Below, piece by piece: positions 55,061-63,936 of a stretch of 64,000 bases of DNA (position 1 is the stretch's first letter; each line of letters starts with the position of its first letter). The notes beneath the pieces are model-generated. The model was not told the origin of the DNA, ran no database searches, and saw only the letters and a list, made by a program, of their open reading frames with translations. This stretch comes from an uncultured Acidobacteriota bacterium (GTDB lineage: Bacteria > Acidobacteriota > Vicinamibacteria > Fen-336): contig OY970399.1 in NCBI GenBank assembly GCA_963720545.1, forward strand, positions 1,408,001-1,472,000, read 5' to 3'. Both the position numbers and the translations under genes were made by a program.

Positions 55061-55580
55061 GACGGTGCAGGTGGCGATCCTGATGGGCTCGGACAGCGAC
55101 TTGCCGACAATGGCGGAATGCGCGCGCGTCCTCGAGGGCTACGGGATCGGCTACGACATCCGGGTGCTGTCGGCGCACCGCACTCCGGAGGCGTGCGTCT
55201 CGTACGTGTCGGCCGCAGCCGGCAACGGCGTGCGTGTCGTCATCGCCGGCGCCGGCGGCTCGGCGCACCTCGCCGGCGTGTGCGCCGCGCATACGCTGCT
55301 GCCCGTCATCGGCGTGCCGCTCGAGGGTTCGCCGCTCTCGGGCTTCGATGCGCTGCTTTCCACCGTGCAGATGCCGCCGGGGATACCGGTGGCGACGGTG
55401 GGCGTCGGCGCCATGGGCGCGCGCAACGCCGGCCACCTCGCCGCCACCATCCTGGCGCTCGGCGATGCGCAGCTCGCCGCGCGCCTGCTGGCGGCGCGCC
55501 AGAAGATGACGGCCGACGTGCTCGCGAAATCGGACGGGATCCGCGCGCGCCTGACGGAGCTGCTCGCGAAGAAGAAGTAG
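55053..55580 (+). CDS. purE: N5-CAIR mutase
   Basis: [36 protein letters not shown] 55053 with GGAGG SD. Confidence 0.96.
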
Positions 55581-55582
55581 AC

Positions 55583-58072
55583 CTAGGGCCGGCTGTTGAG
55601 GTGCGCCTCGAACAGCTTCAGGATGCGCGCGTACTCGTCGCGCCACGACTCCGGATGGTGGAAGCCGTGGGCCTCTAGCGGGTACGGCGCCAGCTCGACA
55701 TTGTCCTTCTTCAGCTCGATGAGCCGCTGGAAGAGCCGCACCGAATCCTGGAAGAAGACGTTGTCGTCCACCATGCCGTGCGCGATCAGCAGCGGCCCCT
55801 TGAGACTCCCGGCGAACTCGATCGGCGACGACCGCCGGTAGGCGATGTCGTCGACGCTCGGCGTGTTGAGGATCGCCGACGTGTACTCGTGCCCGTACTG
55901 CGTCCAATCGGTCACCGGGCGCAGCGCCGCGCCGGTCTTGAACACCTCCGGCGCGCGGAACAGCGCCATCAGCGTCATGAAGCCGCCGTACGAGCCGCCG
56001 TAGAGGCCGACGCGCCTGGCGTCGCCGTTGTGCTTCTTCACCAGCCAGTTGACGCCGTCGATGAGGTCCTCGAGTTCCGGATGGCCCATCTGCCGATAGA
56101 TCGCCGTGCGCCAGTCGCGCCCGTAGCCTTCGGAGGCGCGGTAGTCCATGTCGAGCACCAGGTAGCCGCGCTCGGTGAGCAGGTTGTGGAACATCTGCTC
56201 GCGGAAGTAGTACGGGAACTTGAGGTGGGTGTTCTGGGTGTAGCCGGCGCCGTGCACGAACATCACGATCGGGCGCGGACCCTTGAAGGTGGCCGCCGGC
56301 CTGTAGAGCTTCGACAGAATCGCCTGCTTCACGTGCGTCGAGGGCACGCTCACGATCTCGGGCTCCTGCCAGCGCATCGCCTTGTAGGCCGCGGTGCGCG
56401 TGTCGGTGAGCGCGCGCAGCGGCTGCTGGCCGTCCGCCGCCAGGACCGACAGCTGCCGCGGCGTGTAGCTCGCGGAATGCGCGACCAGCAGCGTCGCGCC
56501 GTCCGGCGCAAGCGCAAACGATTCGATGCCCTTCTGTGACGAGACGCGCTCGAGCTTGCCGCCGGCGGATGCCACGCGATAAACGTCGTAGACGTGCCGC
56601 GCTTCCTGGTTGGCGAGCACGTAGAACCACTTGCCGTCGGGCGAGACCACAGGGTTCTCCACCTCGAACTCGCCGCTCGTGAGCGCCGTGGCCTTGCCGT
56701 CCAGCGGCTTCAGGTAGAGGTGCGAAAAGCCCGTCTCCTCGGACAGGAAGAAGAGCGACTTGCTGTCCGCAGTCCAGCCTACGGCGCTTCCCTTCCAGTT
56801 CACCCAGGCCGCGTCGCTGTCGCGGTGCTGCGGCACGACGGCATGCTTCGCGAGTTCCAGCGAGACGATCCAGCGGTCCTTGTTGTCGTTGGCGTCGATG
56901 GTGATCGCCGCCTGGTTGCCGTCGTCACTCCAGACGATGTCGGAGACGCGCACCGGCCGCCGCTTGTCCTTGCCGCTCTTCTCGTCCTTACCGTCCTTGG
57001 CTTCCTTGCCGCTCTTCTCGTCCTTGCCGTCCTTGCCCTCGTCCTTCGCCGCCTCGGCATCGGCCTTGCCTTCCTTCGCCTCCCGCTCCTTGCGCGCCTT
57101 GTCGTTCTCGGCGCGGATCGCGGCCAGCGGATCGTCGGCGATGCCTGGAAGCCCCTTGGTCTCGAGCTCGTCGAGCGCGCGCGACTCGAGGTCGACCAGG
57201 TAGAGCCGCTGCGCCGGGTAGCCATTCTTCTCGACCCGCGTGCGCACGTTCTCCACTTCCTCGTAGCCCGACTCGGTCACGTAGCGCGGCATCTTGCCGG
57301 TGCGGCCCTCTTCGAAGCCCTTCGGCTGTGTCACCACGACCAGCCAGCGGCCGTTCGGCGAAAGCGACGTGTCGCCGATCGCGACGTCGTCGCCGAGGTA
57401 GATGGGCGCCGGCAGGCGGGTACGGTCGGCGCCGCTCAGCTCGTCCTCGCGCTTGCGCTTTGCCTCGCGGTCGTCGCGGTCGCGCTTCAGGTTCGAGCTG
57501 AGCCGCAGCTGCATCTCCTCGAAGGTATCGGGCTTCTTCTTGTCCGGATCCTTGTCGAGGCGCACCACCGCGGCCAGCGCGCCGATGCCGCCCTCGATGT
57601 CGTAGCTGTACCAGTCGTTGTTCGCGCGGAAGCGCAGAAAGCGCCCGTCCTGCGAGAAGCGCGGCGCCGCTTCCTGCTGCGAGGTGCGGGTGAGCTGGGT
57701 GAGCTTGCCGGAGGCCGCGTCGCGCATGAAGACGTCGCCGTGGCGGATGAACGCCGCGCGCTTCCTGTCCTTGTCGAACACCGCATCCGGGCCGTCGGCC
57801 TGCGCTTGCGCAGCGCCGTCCACCACCGCGTCGCGGCCTTCGCCAAGCGACACGACGTGCAGGTCGCGCAGGCTCGAGCCGGTGCGCTTCAGAGAGTAGT
57901 AGATCGACTTGCCGTCGACCGACCAGTAGGGCGACTCCACCGGCGGGCCGATCCAGTCGGGGTCCTGCATGATTTGCTCGAGGCTGATGGCGGCGCGGCT
58001 TGCGGTCGAGGCGCCGAGGACGCAGATGCCGAGCGCGGCTATGGCGAGGGCGTTCGCTTGCGGTGTCTTCAA
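55583..58072 (-). CDS. Secreted S9-family peptidase (DPP-IV-like propeller)
   Basis: C-terminal part of ORF 55583-59857; signal peptide from TTG 58072; VHGAGY, GGSYGG, HGMVDDNV, EAHGF. Confidence 0.9.
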   Translation of the reverse strand: MKTPQANALAIAALGICVLGASTASRAAISLEQIMQDPDWIGPPVESPYWSVDGKSIYYSLKRTGSSLRDLHVVSLGEGRDAVVDGAAQAQADGPDAVFDKDRKRAAFIRHGDVFMRDAASGKLTQLTRTSQQEAAPRFSQDGRFLRFRANNDWYSYDIEGGIGALAAVVRLDKDPDKKKPDTFEEMQLRLSSNLKRDRDDREAKRKREDELSGADRTRLPAPIYLGDDVAIGDTSLSPNGRWLVVVTQPKGFEEGRTGKMPRYVTESGYEEVENVRTRVEKNGYPAQRLYLVDLESRALDELETKGLPGIADDPLAAIRAENDKARKEREAKEGKADAEAAKDEGKDGKDEKSGKEAKDGKDEKSGKDKRRPVRVSDIVWSDDGNQAAITIDANDNKDRWIVSLELAKHAVVPQHRDSDAAWVNWKGSAVGWTADSKSLFFLSEETGFSHLYLKPLDGKATALTSGEFEVENPVVSPDGKWFYVLANQEARHVYDVYRVASAGGKLERVSSQKGIESFALAPDGATLLVAHSASYTPRQLSVLAADGQQPLRALTDTRTAAYKAMRWQEPEIVSVPSTHVKQAILSKLYRPAATFKGPRPIVMFVHGAGYTQNTHLKFPYYFREQMFHNLLTERGYLVLDMDYRASEGYGRDWRTAIYRQMGHPELEDLIDGVNWLVKKHNGDARRVGLYGGSYGGFMTLMALFRAPEVFKTGAALRPVTDWTQYGHEYTSAILNTPSVDDIAYRRSSPIEFAGSLKGPLLIAHGMVDDNVFFQDSVRLFQRLIELKKDNVELAPYPLEAHGFHHPESWRDEYARILKLFEAHLNSRP
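56969..57034 (-). repeat. 36-bp-period tandem repeat in a charged loop of the S9 peptidase
   Basis: KDGKDEKSGK twice (CTTGCCGCTCTTCTCGTCCTTRCCGTCCTT at 56969 and 57005). Confidence 0.75.
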
Positions 58073-58104
58073 GAGCAGTGACCTTTCGCTTGGAACCCGC
58101 ACGA

Positions 58105-60018
58105 CTAGCGGGGGTTGAGGTAACGATTGAAAAAGTCGACCAGTGTGACGGTGGAGCGAATGCGGTTCGCGGTCTTGCGCCAGCCGTGGCCTTCGTCCGG
58201 AAACAGAAGGTACTCGACGGGCACCTTGCGTTTCTTCAGGCTCGCAACCACCTGCTCGGCCTCGATCACCGGCACGTTGGTGTCGTTGGCGCCGTGCATG
58301 ACGAGCGTCGGTGCCTTGATCGCGGTTATCTGGTGGATCGGCGACAGCTCCGCGAGCAGCGTCGCCTGCGTCGCCGGGTCGCCGTACTCGACCTTGGAGA
58401 TGGCGGCCATCCACGGCTCGCTCTTCGCGAAGAAGGTCTCGAAGTTGACGATGCCGTAGAGGTCGGCGCCGGCCGCGAAGGTGTCCGGAAACTGGGTCAG
58501 GCCGACGAGCACCGCGTAGCCGCCGTAGGAGCCGCCCATGATGCCGAGGCGTTTGGCGTCGCCGATGCCCTCGCTCACCAGGTACTCGGCGCAGGTGCGG
58601 ATGTCGCGGTTCGCGTCCTTGCGCAGGGCGCCGTTGTCGAGGTTCACGAAGCCCTTGCCGAACCCTGAAGAGCCGCGGATGTTGGGTGCAAACACCGCGA
58701 TGCCCTGCGCCAGGAGCGCCTGGTAGTCGGCGCGGAACGATGGCCGCTCCTGCCCCTCCGGCCCGCCGTGGAAGCTGAGGACCACCGGACCCGGCTTGCG
58801 GAAATCCTTCGGTAGGTAGAGCCAGCCGCTCAGCGGCACGTCGTCGTGCGCCTTGAAGGCGCGGCGCTCCGGCGCGACCAGCGGCGCCAGGTCGACGCCG
58901 GCATGCGGACTCTCCGTCAGGCGGCGAAAGGCGAGGGTGCGGCGCTCGAGGATGTAGATGTCCGACGGCTGGCGCGCGCCCTGCACGGCGAGCGCCACGA
59001 AGCGGTCGTCGGGCGAGAACGCCATGGCGCTCACGATCTCGCCGGGCAGCGAGCGGATGGGGGTGCGCGCGCCGGTCGCGAGGTCGAAGTCTTCGAGTTC
59101 GCTGCGGCCGGCGACGTTCCAGTTGAGGAGCGCCGACTCGCCGCGATGGCCCAGCTCGAAGTCGGCAAGCTCGGCGTCGGCGCGCTCGGCGACGACGGTC
59201 GTCTCGAGGACGCGGCCGGTGTAGTCGACCGCGATCTTGCCGAAAGCGAGGCGGTCGCGGCCGCCGTTGGTGCCGACGTACACCGCGCGTTCGTCCATCG
59301 AGATCCTGCCGAAGAAGGTTCCGGGGCCCTCGTGCGGCGTCAGCAACTCCTCGTTGCCGCTGTCGCGGTTCAGCAGCACCAGGTCGTTGCTGCCGCGCGC
59401 CACCTGTCGGTTCTGCAGCACGTAGCGACCGTCCTTCGAAAGGTCGGCGATGGTGGTTCGGCCGGCGCCGGGTTTCGTCACCATGCGCACGCTGCCCGCC
59501 TCGAGGTCGAAAACCCAGCCGTCGCTGGCGGCGGCGGTGCGGGCGTTCGACACGTAGTAAACGCCCCTGCCGTCGGGGGTGAAGCCGCCGAAGAAGTTCG
59601 TCGCCTGGTTCACTTCGGTCAGGCGGCGTAGCGCGGTGCCGTCGGGCCGCACCGTGTAGATCTGCGCGTTGAAGCTGCCGCCGGGCGCTGCCTCGAACGC
59701 CAGCAGGTCGGCCTTGGGCGACCACTGCGCATTGCTGACCGCGTCGTCGAGGGTGGTGACCAACTGCGGATAGCCGCCGGCGGCGGGCACGACCCACACC
59801 TGGAACGAGCCGCCGAGGTTCGAGACATAGGCGAGCCGCGTGCCGTCGGGCGACCACGACGGGCCGAACGCGGAGCCGATGCGCGCCATCGCGGTGACGC
59901 GCGCGACGAGCGCAGGATCGGGAGAAGGTGTCGGTTCCGGTTCCTGCGCCGGCAGGGACGCCGGCGCAATCGCAACGAGCAGTGTGATGAGCAGGAGCCG
60001 AAGGCCGGGACGGGTCAT
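58105..60018 (-). CDS. Secreted S9-family peptidase (acylaminoacyl-peptidase-like)
   Basis: PSWSPDG propeller repeats, FHGGP, GGSYGG, HGANDTNV, DEGHG. Confidence 0.92.
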   Translation of the reverse strand: MTRPGLRLLLITLLVAIAPASLPAQEPEPTPSPDPALVARVTAMARIGSAFGPSWSPDGTRLAYVSNLGGSFQVWVVPAAGGYPQLVTTLDDAVSNAQWSPKADLLAFEAAPGGSFNAQIYTVRPDGTALRRLTEVNQATNFFGGFTPDGRGVYYVSNARTAAASDGWVFDLEAGSVRMVTKPGAGRTTIADLSKDGRYVLQNRQVARGSNDLVLLNRDSGNEELLTPHEGPGTFFGRISMDERAVYVGTNGGRDRLAFGKIAVDYTGRVLETTVVAERADAELADFELGHRGESALLNWNVAGRSELEDFDLATGARTPIRSLPGEIVSAMAFSPDDRFVALAVQGARQPSDIYILERRTLAFRRLTESPHAGVDLAPLVAPERRAFKAHDDVPLSGWLYLPKDFRKPGPVVLSFHGGPEGQERPSFRADYQALLAQGIAVFAPNIRGSSGFGKGFVNLDNGALRKDANRDIRTCAEYLVSEGIGDAKRLGIMGGSYGGYAVLVGLTQFPDTFAAGADLYGIVNFETFFAKSEPWMAAISKVEYGDPATQATLLAELSPIHQITAIKAPTLVMHGANDTNVPVIEAEQVVASLKKRKVPVEYLLFPDEGHGWRKTANRIRSTVTLVDFFNRYLNPR

Positions 60019-60064
60019 GCCAGTGAGGCGAAGCTTAGACCGGGTCGGAGCGGCGGGCGTGAGC

Positions 60065-61324
60065 TCAGGATGAAACGACGAAGCGCAGGACGTCCACCGC
60101 CTCGACGGCTGTCGGTCCGAGGACGTGATCGGGACGCGGCGTCAACGTGAGCCCGTCGATGTCGGCGATGCCAGGCAGGAGCAGCAGCTCGACACGCCGG
60201 CCGTTGCGGAGCACGTCGCCGGGATCCACTGTGAGCGCGCGGCGCCCGCCGTCATAGGTCAGCTTGACCGCGTCGAACGGCCGGTCGCCGGGCATCACGG
60301 GCCCGGCGTAGCGCAGCATCACGCGGCCGGCAAAGGTTGCCTCGTCCATGTCCTTGCTGAACTGCACGACGAAGCGGGTGTCGGCGGCGACTTCATTTTC
60401 ACCATCGAGCGGCAGCGCGAACACCACCACTGGCGGCACCTTGGGACGCTCTGGCGGCGGTGGTGGCGGCGCGGCTTCGGCGGTCGCCGACGGCGCCGTG
60501 GTGAGGAACAGCTGCTGCGCCTCGACGTAGGTGACGCCGTTGATCGTCTTCGCGCGGCCGACGATCTCGAGCCACTTGTTGGTGTCGCGCTTCAGCCCGG
60601 CATCGAGGTCGAAGCCGCTGCCCTTCGGCTTCTTGCCGGTGACCCATACGGCGAACAGGTCGTCCTTCACCACCCAGTCCTCCGACTTGCGCTGGCTCTT
60701 CACCGGCAGGTCGCCGTAGAGGTTGTGGCCGCGGAACTTGCCGACGATGCGGATCACCTTGCCGTCGCTGGTGCCCGGGTTCTTCACCAGCCGCTCGAGC
60801 GTGACGCGCTGCGACTCCTGCATCTTCTTGATCTTGAGCGGCGAGACGTCGGAGATCGAGAACATCGTGATCGAGTACTGCGGCATCGACGGGTTGTCCT
60901 TGCGGTTCGGCAGCGGCGGCAGCTGCGGATCGGTGCACTGGCTCTCGAGCCCGCAGGCCCGGTTGTACTCCTGCTGGTACGGAATCTCGCGCACCACACC
61001 AGTGACTTCCACCGGCTTGCCCATGAACTGGTTGAGGTCGCTGCCCGAGGCCATGCTCGGCATCGGGATGACGAGCACGGGCTCGCACTCGCCCCGCAGG
61101 GTCCAGTAGCGGTTCATCTCGAAGATGTCGAGGTTGCCCGAGACGCGGTAGTTCTGCTTGTTGACGTTGGCGCCGCGCGTCACGTCGCAAAGGGAGACGT
61201 CCTTGGGCGCTCCGTAAAGGCCGGTGAGCGTGTCTGTGCCGCCGTAGATCTGGGCCCGCGCCGCAACCGCAAGCAGGGCCAGGGCTGCCAGGGCGGCTGC
61301 CGGAGTGAGGAGCCTGCGGACCAC
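60065..61324 (-). CDS. Secreted protein with two OB-fold-like segments and a C-terminal Ig-like (Big_5-like) domain
   Basis: Signal peptide; GKPVEVTGVV and GKVIRIVGKF; PPPPPP linker; PVVVFALPLDGE...VVQFSKDMD...GIADIDG. Confidence 0.7.
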   Translation of the reverse strand: MVRRLLTPAAALAALALLAVAARAQIYGGTDTLTGLYGAPKDVSLCDVTRGANVNKQNYRVSGNLDIFEMNRYWTLRGECEPVLVIPMPSMASGSDLNQFMGKPVEVTGVVREIPYQQEYNRACGLESQCTDPQLPPLPNRKDNPSMPQYSITMFSISDVSPLKIKKMQESQRVTLERLVKNPGTSDGKVIRIVGKFRGHNLYGDLPVKSQRKSEDWVVKDDLFAVWVTGKKPKGSGFDLDAGLKRDTNKWLEIVGRAKTINGVTYVEAQQLFLTTAPSATAEAAPPPPPPERPKVPPVVVFALPLDGENEVAADTRFVVQFSKDMDEATFAGRVMLRYAGPVMPGDRPFDAVKLTYDGGRRALTVDPGDVLRNGRRVELLLLPGIADIDGLTLTPRPDHVLGPTAVEAVDVLRFVVSS

Positions 61325-61422
61325 GTTTCGAGTATAGGCCCGCCCCGGTGGCGGTCAAGGCGGTGCTACGATGCGCTCGCTTCGGCTTTCCAGGCTTCAC
61401 GGCTTCACTCGAGGAGGCAAAG

Positions 61423-63549
61423 ATGGCGCAGGAATTCCGGCCGTACGTGCCCGACAGCGAGAACCCGCCGGAATTCACGGCCCGCGCAATCCTGATTGGC
61501 GTCGTCTTCGGCATCATCTTCGGCGCCGTCACCGTCTACATCGGACTGCGCGCCGGCCTCACCGTGGCGGCATCCATCCCGATCGCGGTGCTCTCGATCA
61601 GCATGCTGCGCGCCCTCGGCCGCGCCTCGATCCTCGAGAACAACCTCATCCAGACGACCGGCTCGGCGGGCGAATCGGTGGCGGGCGGCGTCATCTTCAC
61701 GGTGCCGGCGCTCATCTTCCTCGGCTTCGACCTGGAGCTGTCGCGCACCACCATCCTGGCGATGATCGGCGGCCTGCTCGGCGTGCTGTTCATGATTCCG
61801 CTGCGCAAGCAGCTGATCGTGAAGGAGCACGGCAACCTCCTCTATCCCGAGGGCACCGCTTGCGCCGACGTGCTGATCGCTGGCGAGAAGGGCGGCTCGT
61901 TCGCCAGTCGCGTGTTCGCCGGCCTCGGCATCGGCAGCCTCTACACCGCCGTCCAGAATCCGTTCGTGCTGAAGCTCATCAACCCGGAGCCTGCCTACAA
62001 CCCGGGCTGGCTGCCAGGCGCATCGCTCCGCGCCGCGACCACCTCGGAATACCTCGGCGTCGGCTACATCATCGGGCCGCGCATCGCCGGCGTGATCTTC
62101 GCCGGCGGCGTCTTCTCCTGGCTCGTCATGATGCCCGCCATCCGTTTCTTCGGCAGTCTGGTGCCGACGCCGATCTATCCGAGCACCATCCCCATCGGCG
62201 CCATGACCTCGGACGAGCTGTGGCGCTTCTACATCCGTTACATCGGTGCCGGCGCGGTGGCGGCCTCGGGGCTCATCACGCTCGGCAAGACGCTGCCGAC
62301 GATCGTCGCCGCCCTCAAGGCCGGCGCTGCCGACCTGCGCAAGCGCGGCACGGAGTCGGCAGCCGCGGGCGGGCGCACCGACCGCGACCTGAAGACCACG
62401 GTGGTCCTCATCGGTTCGGCCGTGATCACCGCGATGATGTGGGCGTTCCTCACCTTCAAGCCGGTGCCGGGCGCACCCACGGGCCTGTTCGCCAACCTGC
62501 TCGCGGCGGTGCTGGTCGTCATCTTCGGCTTCCTGTTCGTGACCGTGTCGTCGCGCCTCGCCGGCCTCATCGGCACCTCCTCGAACCCGATCTCCGGCAT
62601 GGCGATCGCCACCCTGATGGCCACCTGCGGGGTTTTCTACCTTGTGGGCTGGACCAGCGCCGCGTACGGCGCGCTGGCGCTGATGATCGGCGGCGTCGTC
62701 TGCATCGCCGCGGCCAACGCCGGCAACACCTCGCAGGACCTGAAGACCGGCTTCCTGGTCGGCGCCACGCCGGCGGCACAGCAGAAGGGCCTGTTCGCGG
62801 GCGTCATCGTCTCGGCGCTCGTCATCGCCTTCACGCTGCAGGCGATGAACAAGGCTCTCGAGCAATACGTGCCCGCCGACTTCGCGATCGAAATTGCGGC
62901 GCTGCCCGACGGCGTCAAGGTGAAGGACAACAACTTCCAGCACGACGGCCGCACCTACACGCTGCTGAACGTGCTCGGCTCCAAGACCATTCCCGAGGGC
63001 CTCTACCTGTTGAACCCGCAGACCGGGCGCGTCGAGACGCAGTGGATCCAGGGCATCGGCAGCGCCGCCGCCCCGGCGCCGCAGGCGCGCCTCATGTCGG
63101 TGGTGATCAACGGCATCCTCAACCAGAAGCTGCCGTGGGGCCTCGTGTTCCTCGGCGTGTTCGTGGTGATCTGCGTCGAGCTCCTCGGCATCCGCTCGCT
63201 GAGCTTTGCGGTGGGCTCCTACCTCGCGATCGGCACCACCGCGGCGATCTTCTGCGGCGGTGTGGTGCGCTGGCTGGCGGAGCGCGGCACCGAGAAGCAC
63301 GCGGGTGAGGAAGAGACGAGTTCCGGATCGCTGTTCGCGAGCGGCCTGATCGCGGCGGGCGGCATCGTCGGCCTGCTGGGCATCGGCCTGCAGCTGCTCG
63401 AGACATCCAGCTACATCCCGAAGGGCATGACGAACCTCGGCAAGTACGTCCCGGGCGTCCACGACAGCCAGCTCATCGGCATCCTTTGCTTCGCCGCGCT
63501 CGCCGGCGCGCTCTACCACTTCGCCCGCAAGCCGCTCGCCAGCAAGTAG
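61423..63549 (+). CDS. OPT-family oligopeptide transporter
   Basis: GLTVAASIP, ILENN, YPEGTACA, SSNPISGM, QDLKTG, PAPQA; ATG 61423 with GAGGAGG SD. Confidence 0.93.
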   Translation: MAQEFRPYVPDSENPPEFTARAILIGVVFGIIFGAVTVYIGLRAGLTVAASIPIAVLSISMLRALGRASILENNLIQTTGSAGESVAGGVIFTVPALIFLGFDLELSRTTILAMIGGLLGVLFMIPLRKQLIVKEHGNLLYPEGTACADVLIAGEKGGSFASRVFAGLGIGSLYTAVQNPFVLKLINPEPAYNPGWLPGASLRAATTSEYLGVGYIIGPRIAGVIFAGGVFSWLVMMPAIRFFGSLVPTPIYPSTIPIGAMTSDELWRFYIRYIGAGAVAASGLITLGKTLPTIVAALKAGAADLRKRGTESAAAGGRTDRDLKTTVVLIGSAVITAMMWAFLTFKPVPGAPTGLFANLLAAVLVVIFGFLFVTVSSRLAGLIGTSSNPISGMAIATLMATCGVFYLVGWTSAAYGALALMIGGVVCIAAANAGNTSQDLKTGFLVGATPAAQQKGLFAGVIVSALVIAFTLQAMNKALEQYVPADFAIEIAALPDGVKVKDNNFQHDGRTYTLLNVLGSKTIPEGLYLLNPQTGRVETQWIQGIGSAAAPAPQARLMSVVINGILNQKLPWGLVFLGVFVVICVELLGIRSLSFAVGSYLAIGTTAAIFCGGVVRWLAERGTEKHAGEEETSSGSLFASGLIAAGGIVGLLGIGLQLLETSSYIPKGMTNLGKYVPGVHDSQLIGILCFAALAGALYHFARKPLASK

Positions 63550-63559
63550 CTGCCCGCGC

Positions 63560-63595
63560 AAAAAAACCCCGGAGGCGGTTGCCCGTCCCCGGGGT
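63560..63595 (-). terminator. Intrinsic terminator facing the minus strand
   Basis: Minus strand: ACCCCGGGGACGG-GCAA-CCGCCTCCGGGGT then TTTTTT (A7 at 63560-66 on plus). Confidence 0.85.
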
Positions 63596-63655
63596 CGGCG
63601 AGCTGATTGGGATTCGCTCGGGTCGCTTGCTTGAGGCTTCTACGAAAGAGCGGCT

Positions 63656-63706
63656 CTAAGCGTCAGCCACCTCGCGCTTTTCGTCCTGTGTGCGGCAACT
63701 ACCCAC
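63656..63706 (-). CDS. 16-aa micro-ORF MGSCRTQDEKREVADA
   Basis: GTG 7 nt after AAGGAGG; TAG at 63656-58; translated by hand. Confidence 0.5.
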   Translation of the reverse strand: MGSCRTQDEKREVADA

Positions 63707-63734
63707 TGGACCACCTCCTTTCTCGCGTAGGCGA

Positions 63735-63764
63735 AGTGTAAGGAGCCCTCTTCCCCGTCGGCAA
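63735..63764 (-). promoter_or_regulatory. Sigma70 promoter of the small transcript
   Basis: Minus strand: TTGCCG-18 nt-TACACT. Confidence 0.65.
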
Positions 63765-63859
63765 GGGAAAAGTACAGCCGCTGGTGGCTTTAGCGCGCGC
63801 GACGGCAACTAATTGCGCCACTCTCACTCAAGGGAAGCCGCTTCGTGTGGCTGCGATCC

Positions 63860-63889
63860 TTGACACTCGCGCGACCGGCGTGCTACTTT
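63860..63889 (+). promoter_or_regulatory. Sigma70 promoter of the next gene
   Basis: TTGACA-18 nt-TACTTT with a TG extension. Confidence 0.65.
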
Positions 63890-63936
63890 TCGCGCCTCTA
63901 CAAGTCTATTTGTATGAGGTACTTGGAGCCCATTTC

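Larger units (their letters stand above)
63560..63729 (-). ncRNA. Candidate ~170-nt small RNA / micro-ORF transcript with an extended anti-16S sequence
   Basis: Bounded by a promoter (63735-63764) and a U-tailed terminator; contains AGAAAGGAGGTGGTCCAG. Confidence 0.6.

Noticed and set aside
56969..57045. CRISPR-like or mobile repeat
   Set aside because: Two in-frame coding copies, no spacers, no cas genes.
55583..59857. 1424-aa giant ORF or fused double peptidase
   Set aside because: The N-terminal ~600 aa are an Arg-rich shadow frame of the 58105-60018 gene; the real protein starts with a signal peptide near 58072.
63656..63706. tmRNA tag or RiPP precursor
   Set aside because: No tRNA-like ends or pseudoknot region for tmRNA and the unit is too short; no modifying enzymes are adjacent within the window.
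63706..63723. 16S rRNA gene or remnant (plus-strand match to the 16S 3' end)
   Set aside because: The match is only 18 nt, with no helix 44/45 sequence (e.g. AAGTCGTAACAAGG) upstream. The promoter and terminator indicate the opposite strand is transcribed.
63804..63820. Sigma54 promoter in the last intergenic region
   Set aside because: GG-to-GC spacing is 9 nt on plus and 11 nt on minus, not the required 10.
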